From an uncultured Elusimicrobia bacterium (GTDB lineage Bacteria > Elusimicrobiota > Elusimicrobia > 2-01-FULL-59-12), in NCBI GenBank assembly GCA_963702895.1, contig OY969767.1, forward strand, positions 234,506 through 298,505: DNA of 64,000 nucleotides. Direction: 5' to 3'. The notes beneath the pieces are model-generated. The model was given only the letters and a program-made list of their open reading frames with translations, was not told the origin of the DNA and searched no databases. Below, piece by piece: positions 58,713 to 64,000 of this stretch (position 1 is the first letter of the stretch; each line of letters opens with the position of its first letter). Position numbers and translations under genes: made by a program.

Positions 58713-59716
58713 CAATACACTTCCCGATAACGGCGCTTGAGCAAAAACCCAATAATGTTGAAGACGAGGGTCATCAACATCAGCGTGAGGCCGGCGACGA
58801 AAATGGTTTGATACCCCACGCTTCCATGCGGCAAATCTCCCAGTGCGACCTGGACAATGTAGGCCGTGATCGTCGCGGCCTGTTCCATGGGGTTCCAGGT
58901 CAGTTGCGGCTGCATGCCGGCCGCGATCGCCACCACCATGGTTTCTCCGATGGCGCGCGAAAACGCCAGCACGTAGGCCGATGAGATGCCCGAGGCCGCT
59001 GCGGGGACCACGACGCGCAAGGCAGTCTGGAACTTGGTCGCTCCGACCGCATAGGAGGCCTCTCTCAAGTCCATCGGGACCGATTTCATCGCGTCCTCGC
59101 TCATCGAACTGACGTAAGGAATGATCATCACGCCGAGAACAAGGCCGGCGCTCAGCATATTGAAACTGGGCAGCCCCGGGATCATCTTCTGGAGGAGCGG
59201 TGTCACAAAGAGGAGCGCAAAATAACCGAACACCACCGTGGGCACAGCGCTCAGAAGTTCTAGAAAGGGCTTGGTCACTTCGCGAAGTTTGGGCGGGGCA
59301 TATTCGCTCAAGTAAATTGCCGCGATCGTCCCAACGGGAATGGAGAAGAGCAGGGCGATGCCTGCTGTCACCAGAGTCCCGGACAGAAGGGGAAGAATGC
59401 CGTAGTGCGGCTCGCTGAAGAGCGGCGTCCACTGAGTGTCGGTGAGGAACTCCACAATGGAGACCTGGCGAAAAAACCGCATGGACTCTGTCAGCAAAAT
59501 CCCAACAATTCCTATGGTGACAAAGATCGATGAAGCCGCTGCCAAGAGCAAAGCCACTTCAATCAATCGTTCGCGTATTTGTTGAGCGCGGCTATGCCTG
59601 CGTCTCAAAGGTGGGCGGACGGGAAGATCCACCTTCAGAGGCGCGCCGGGCGGTGTCGTCCGGCGCGCCAGAGAAGAGGGTGTAACGGGCTTCTCCATCA
59701 CGATGGAGTCAGCCAT
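58712..59716 (-). CDS. pstC: phosphate ABC transporter permease PstC (copy 2)
   Basis: AFSRAIGETMVVAIAAG. Confidence 0.9.
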   Translation of the reverse strand: MADSIVMEKPVTPSSLARRTTPPGAPLKVDLPVRPPLRRRHSRAQQIRERLIEVALLLAAASSIFVTIGIVGILLTESMRFFRQVSIVEFLTDTQWTPLFSEPHYGILPLLSGTLVTAGIALLFSIPVGTIAAIYLSEYAPPKLREVTKPFLELLSAVPTVVFGYFALLFVTPLLQKMIPGLPSFNMLSAGLVLGVMIIPYVSSMSEDAMKSVPMDLREASYAVGATKFQTALRVVVPAAASGISSAYVLAFSRAIGETMVVAIAAGMQPQLTWNPMEQAATITAYIVQVALGDLPHGSVGYQTIFVAGLTLMLMTLVFNIIGFLLKRRYREVY

Positions 59717-59723
59717 GGAACGT

Positions 59724-60752
59724 TCAGCTCACGAGCCGCTTGGCTAGAATCTCGTGGATATTCAGCCCCACGGCATTCTTGCCGCCAAAGGCGGTGCCGG
59801 TCTTTCCCTCTTGGGCTCGGGACTGGATTTTCTGATACGCCTTCTCATCCAGAGGGACATATTTCACTTCTTTGACGAGTCGTTTGGCGTTCTGGAGGTA
59901 GAACTCGACAAACTGTTTCACTTCTGGCTTCGTCAGCGACTTCTTGCTCACGTAGATGAAGATAGGCCGAGACAGAGGCGCGTAGGTCCCGTTATCGACG
60001 TTAGCCATGGAAGGTTCCACGGCCCCCTTGCCGCCGTCCACTTTGAGGGCCTTCAGTTTGTCCTGATTTTCAATGTAGTAGGCAAACCCGAAGTAACCCA
60101 GAGCGTGGGGGTCCTTCGCCACGCCTTGGACGAGCACGTTATCATCTTCGCTTGCCGTATAATCGCCTCGGCTGGCTTTCGATTTCCCATTGATGGCTTC
60201 GGTGAAGTAATCAAAGGTGCCAGAGTCCGATCCGGGGCCAAAGAGAGACAGCTTCTGATTCGGCCAGGAGGCTTTGACGTCGCTCCACTTGCTCACGGCT
60301 CCCTGAGCGGTCGGTTCCCACATTCGCTTGAGCTCGGCGACGGTTATGGAGTCAAGGAAGGTGTTCTGTTTGCTCGTGACGACTGTTAGAGCATCATAAG
60401 CAACAGGCAGTTCAATGTATTGAATACCGCTCTCCCAGCATCCATCCATCTCCTTCTTGGAAATGGGCCGCGACGCGTCCGAAATGTCGATTTCACCCCG
60501 ACAGAACTTCTTGAAGCCGCCTCCCGTTCCCGATATTCCCACGGTCACCTTGGTGCCGGGGTTTGCTTTCAGGAATTCCTCCGCGACCGCTTCCGTGATG
60601 GGGTACACCGTACTGGAGCCGTCTATTTTAATGATGGGACTCTCGGCGGAGCTTGGTGAGATCCCCAAGGGAGCCACGAAGGCTGCGCAGAGCAAGCTTC
60701 TGAGCCACTGTTCTATTCTCATCGTATTTCTCCTTTTCAAAGTTGTGCTCAT
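59724..60752 (-). CDS. pstS: phosphate-binding protein PstS (copy 2)
   Basis: KIDGSSTVYPITEAVAEEF...GISGTGGGF. Confidence 0.9.
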   Translation of the reverse strand: MSTTLKRRNTMRIEQWLRSLLCAAFVAPLGISPSSAESPIIKIDGSSTVYPITEAVAEEFLKANPGTKVTVGISGTGGGFKKFCRGEIDISDASRPISKKEMDGCWESGIQYIELPVAYDALTVVTSKQNTFLDSITVAELKRMWEPTAQGAVSKWSDVKASWPNQKLSLFGPGSDSGTFDYFTEAINGKSKASRGDYTASEDDNVLVQGVAKDPHALGYFGFAYYIENQDKLKALKVDGGKGAVEPSMANVDNGTYAPLSRPIFIYVSKKSLTKPEVKQFVEFYLQNAKRLVKEVKYVPLDEKAYQKIQSRAQEGKTGTAFGGKNAVGLNIHEILAKRLVS

Positions 60753-61945
60753 TAGAATTTAAAGACCGCATCGATTTGGAGCCGATTGATATTGGCGGGT
60801 CGATGCGTGGTGGAAGCCGCATAGGGGTAGCTGGTGTTGATGAACGGATTGGTCCTCTCCGTGATGAAATACTTGGTCTGGAGAGTGAAGAAATCCGTGA
60901 AGGCGTGCGCCAGCCAGAAGATGTAACCCTTGCGGTTGGTTCCCCCGTTGCCCCAGTCCGAGTCTGCGAAGTCCGAGAGGGTGGCATTGGCTTCGGAATA
61001 CTTATGGAAGACGCCGCCTTCCGTCTGGCCCGCGGTCTTGGCGCTTCCCACGATGAGGCCGAATTGATAACCCGTATCGAAACCATTGGCCCTCTTCGAA
61101 TCGACATTTCGAACGAAGTCCGCCTGCACGCGCATCGGAACCAGGGCCTGGAAACCAACTTCGGTCATCAGGTGCAGCATATTAAACTCACCGGCCAGTC
61201 GAGTTCCCTGCCCGTTGACGCGGGTGTTGTCGCCCTGAATGACGGTGGAATCGAACGCTCCCGTTGAGTGCAGAACGCTCTGGGTCTCGTTGGTCACGTT
61301 GTAGTTGGCCACAGCCAAATTCCAGCGCACTCCTCCTCCGAGTTTGGTTCGTACCCCAATTTGGTTTCCAAAGAGCCATGGGTCTTTCTTGCTGGTGCTT
61401 ATTTCATTGACGGGAGCCTGCATGAAGTTACCAAAGACGTTCACAATATCATTGACGTCATAGGAGGCTTGTTCTGAAAATCCCTCGGGGTTCAGGTCTC
61501 CGTCCCAAATCAGATCACTGGAATAGAGGCGCCAGAAGGGATTTTCTTGCTTTCCGGCATGGACCTTGAACAAATCCCCACCCTTATAAGTCACATAAGC
61601 CTGATCGATGTAGATATTTTTTTGATTCCAGCCATTGCTGAAGGTTTGATTGGTCGAAGTCTGCTCTCCCGTTCCGGAAGCCAGGCGGAAGGTGGCCATC
61701 CATTTGTCCATCTCCGCTTTGACGCCAAAACGAAGCCGCATTCTCTGCCGGTGACGGTCATCCGCACCGGGAATCAGAAAAGACTCCTGACGAAGACGCA
61801 AATCGCCGCCAAACGTCAACTTATTCGTGCTGCTCGTGGAGCCCTCCATGGCTGCTCCGTATAAAGAGCCAACGCTTTGGACAGCCACAAACATGGCGCC
61901 CAGGATGACCCATTTATAGGATTTGATTCTGCTCATTAAGTTCAT
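60752..61945 (-). CDS. outer-membrane porin, candidate phosphate-selective (OprO/OprP-like) by context
   Basis: Signal peptide MNLMSRIKSYKWVILGAMFVAVQSVGSLYGA and C-terminal ...DAVFKF. RBS GGAGAAAC 8 nt before the ATG at 61945. The stop overlaps the pstS2 start. Confidence 0.6.
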   Translation of the reverse strand: MNLMSRIKSYKWVILGAMFVAVQSVGSLYGAAMEGSTSSTNKLTFGGDLRLRQESFLIPGADDRHRQRMRLRFGVKAEMDKWMATFRLASGTGEQTSTNQTFSNGWNQKNIYIDQAYVTYKGGDLFKVHAGKQENPFWRLYSSDLIWDGDLNPEGFSEQASYDVNDIVNVFGNFMQAPVNEISTSKKDPWLFGNQIGVRTKLGGGVRWNLAVANYNVTNETQSVLHSTGAFDSTVIQGDNTRVNGQGTRLAGEFNMLHLMTEVGFQALVPMRVQADFVRNVDSKRANGFDTGYQFGLIVGSAKTAGQTEGGVFHKYSEANATLSDFADSDWGNGGTNRKGYIFWLAHAFTDFFTLQTKYFITERTNPFINTSYPYAASTTHRPANINRLQIDAVFKF

Positions 61946-62166
61946 TTTCTGGTTTCTCCTTTTTTTGTCCGAGTTAGTTCGGACGTCGTTTCTTCCCATT
62001 ATTTACCTATGATGAGAATGACGGGCGGCACCCGCGAAAAGGGGAAAAGGGTGCCGCCCGTCAATAGTGTTACTACCCCTCGATTCCCCTTTTTTCATGT
62101 CACTGAATCCTTGCTTGACCAAATCGGTGGGACCCGAAACCAGCCCCTCCTTTGTAGCGCGCTTGG

Positions 62167-62403
62167 CTAGGCAGCCTCTCGTAGTTTCTTCAGGCTTGTT
62201 TCAATGAGTCCCAGCTGGCAGCGCAGGGCGCCCTCTTCGAGGTCGCCCAAGTCCAGCTCGTCCATGACGCCGTTTAAGATCTCGATCTGGCGCTGGACAG
62301 CGGCGCGCACGTATTCTTTCCGATTCTCTTGTATACCTGTACATCTTTCATCCCGTTCGCGGGCTGCCCATACGAGCGCCAGCGGGGGTATTGTTGTCAC
62401 CAT
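62167..62403 (-). CDS. small hypothetical protein (78 aa)
   Basis: Strong RBS AAGGAGG 8 nt before ATG GTG ACA (MVTTIPP...). The track start at 62466 lacks an RBS. Confidence 0.35.
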   Translation of the reverse strand: MVTTIPPLALVWAARERDERCTGIQENRKEYVRAAVQRQIEILNGVMDELDLGDLEEGALRCQLGLIETSLKKLREAA

Positions 62404-62512
62404 GCCAGTGACCTCCTTGCATTTATGTATTTTCATTCGTCTCATTTTAAGCGGCCTGGGTTTCAAGATCTATAGTTGCTAGGTAAAACCTGAATGACGG
62501 GTATGTGACGAC

Positions 62513-63808
62513 CTAAGCGGCGCTGGGAGTGGATTCGAGACATATCAAATCCTTTGCTTTTTTGAAGGCATCCAGCGCTTGGAGGATGTCATCGCACGTA
62601 TGTGTGGCCATGACGCTCACCCGTATCCGTGCCATCCCCTTCTTGACTGCAGGAAAAGCAACGGGGCTCACGTAGATGCCGTAAAGATGCAGCGCCCTCG
62701 TCAATTGATAAGCCTTGAGTTCGTCGCCCACGATCACGGGGATAATGGGTGTTTCACTCTCCCCTGTATCGAACCCCATGCTCTGGAGACCTTGGCGTAA
62801 TAAATGGGTGTTTTCCCATAACCGGATAAGCCACTCCGGTTCCGACTCAATCACATCCATCGCCGTAATCAAGGAGGCGCAGGTTGCGGGCGGCAGAGCG
62901 GCGCTAAAAACGAAACCACGCGCCGTGTGTTTGAGAAACGTGATGAGATCTTTGGGTCCCGCCGCAAAGCCTCCAAGTCCGCCCAGTCCTTTACTCAGAG
63001 TCCCCATGACAATATCGATCTGGCCGTGGAGGCCAAAATGTTCCGGTGTCCCGCGACCCCTTGCTCCCAGGACACCGGTGGAATGAGCCTCATCAATCAT
63101 GACGAGCGACTTGTATTTTCTCGCCAAGCGATAAATCTCCGGCAGGTTGCAGATATCCCCATCCATGCTGTAGACCCCATCCACAATGATGATCAGGTTG
63201 CCTTGGCCTGAGGCCTCACGCAGTTTCGTTTCTAAATCGGCCATGTCATTGTGGTTAAAGACACGAAAGGGCATTTTCGAAAACCGTAGCCCGTCCAGAA
63301 GGCTCGCATGAATACGCTCGTCAATGACAGCAATGTCCGTTGTCCGGTTTAAGAAAGTGGAGACCGTCGCTAGGTTGGAAACATACCCAGAGCTATAAGC
63401 GATAGCGGCTTCTGTGCCTTTAAATTGGGCCAGGCGGGCTTCCAATTCTTCATGGATCCCAAAGGTGCCTCCCAGGAGTCGGACGGACCCGGCGCCGACG
63501 CCGAATTTTTCGATGGCTTTTATGGCGGCAGCTTTGACACGGGGGTGGTTGGTTAGACCTAAATAGTTATTCGAGCCGAACATCAGCATCTTCTGACTGT
63601 TTACGAAAATATGCGCATCGGAGGAAGACTCCAGCTTCCGCATATAGAAGTAAAGACCTTCGGCCTTGAGACTGTCGGGGATACTGTTATAGGCGTGAAC
63701 CTTATCATAAATAGGATACTGGATTGGATTCAGTGGTGGAAAGTCGGCAGGATGAATGACCTCCAGAGGTCTTTGCAGATCTGTAAGGGGCAACGTCTGT
63801 GCGTTCAA
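62513..63808 (-). CDS. alpha-oxoamine synthase family PLP-dependent acyltransferase (BioF/Kbl/serine palmitoyltransferase-like)
   Basis: PLP-lysine region GTLSKGLGGLGGF, NNYLGLTNHPRVKAA, and an N-terminal extension of about 60 aa as in SPT-like members. Confidence 0.85.
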   Translation of the reverse strand: MNAQTLPLTDLQRPLEVIHPADFPPLNPIQYPIYDKVHAYNSIPDSLKAEGLYFYMRKLESSSDAHIFVNSQKMLMFGSNNYLGLTNHPRVKAAAIKAIEKFGVGAGSVRLLGGTFGIHEELEARLAQFKGTEAAIAYSSGYVSNLATVSTFLNRTTDIAVIDERIHASLLDGLRFSKMPFRVFNHNDMADLETKLREASGQGNLIIIVDGVYSMDGDICNLPEIYRLARKYKSLVMIDEAHSTGVLGARGRGTPEHFGLHGQIDIVMGTLSKGLGGLGGFAAGPKDLITFLKHTARGFVFSAALPPATCASLITAMDVIESEPEWLIRLWENTHLLRQGLQSMGFDTGESETPIIPVIVGDELKAYQLTRALHLYGIYVSPVAFPAVKKGMARIRVSVMATHTCDDILQALDAFKKAKDLICLESTPSAA

Positions 63809-64000
63809 ATGGGTCCTCCCGTTATGTAAGTGCCCTCCCTTTCACATTGATTTTAAAAGGTGAACTGAAAATAACCCATAACAGACAAGTAAAACCTGGA
63901 TGACGACGGGGTGACGCTGCGGGGAAAGGCTTGTGCCCTCTCGTACTAGGCGCTGGCCAGGAGCCCACGCCGAAGCGGTCTAATGTGTTGCTGATCAGGC

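Noticed and set aside
57804-59432. 542-aa ORF-track version of pstA2 (N-terminal 240 aa)
   Set aside because: The N-terminal extension overlaps pstC2 in another frame and is Arg-rich nonsense. The conserved PstA starts at MKDLRVG (58712), with TGATG coupling to pstC2.
62000-62166. Pho boxes upstream of the porin/pst2 operon
   Set aside because: There are only isolated GTCAC/GTCAT hexamers without 11-bp phasing. A 14-bp-stem hairpin (62023-62064) is present, but I could not support a PhoB site here.

Overview
This is a gene-dense, high-GC (about 60%) bacterial chromosomal segment with genes on both strands and no rRNA, tRNA or CRISPR that I can support. It carries housekeeping genes (gatC/gatA/gatB with an inserted NUDIX gene, pcrA/uvrD helicase, CcsA-type cytochrome c biogenesis, rlmD, fbaB, def, accA, a phosphofructokinase with PPi-type signature residues). 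It also carries two tandem pilT paralogs followed by a cNMP-binding protein, an ECF sigma/anti-sigma/vWA triad, a GldA/F/G-like ABC system plus a DUF4340-like gene, a glycoside hydrolase with a type A T9SS-like C-terminal sorting domain followed by an outer-membrane barrel, and a LOG/PpnN-like gene. The largest block is a roughly 18 kb minus-strand phosphate supercluster (44.1-61.9 kb). It reads porin-pstS-pstC-pstA-pstB-phoU, then a REP copy and a tandem Pho-box array, then pstS-pstC-pstA-pstB-pstB-phoU-ROK kinase-ppx-ppk-sixA-CHAD-DUSP. Two families of small palindromic repeats occur outside CDS. One is a dual-hairpin REP-like element with 8 copies, which creates spurious 'MMDPGFRRGD / VTPAKAG'-type ORF extensions. 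The other is inverted arrays of 8-bp GTAWCGGR units at two loci directly after stop codons. Other features are a MITE-like element with 22-bp terminal inverted repeats, a 31-bp perfect inverted repeat, a frameshifted ABC ATPase next to a cluster of G/C homopolymer tracts, and an orphan CpaF-like ATPase whose start codon overlaps that of the divergent rlmD. A 3'-truncated PD-(D/E)XK Cas4/RecB-like nuclease gene at the window edge is missing from the ORF track. All calls come from reading the translated ORFs and the DNA by eye; no database searches were run.
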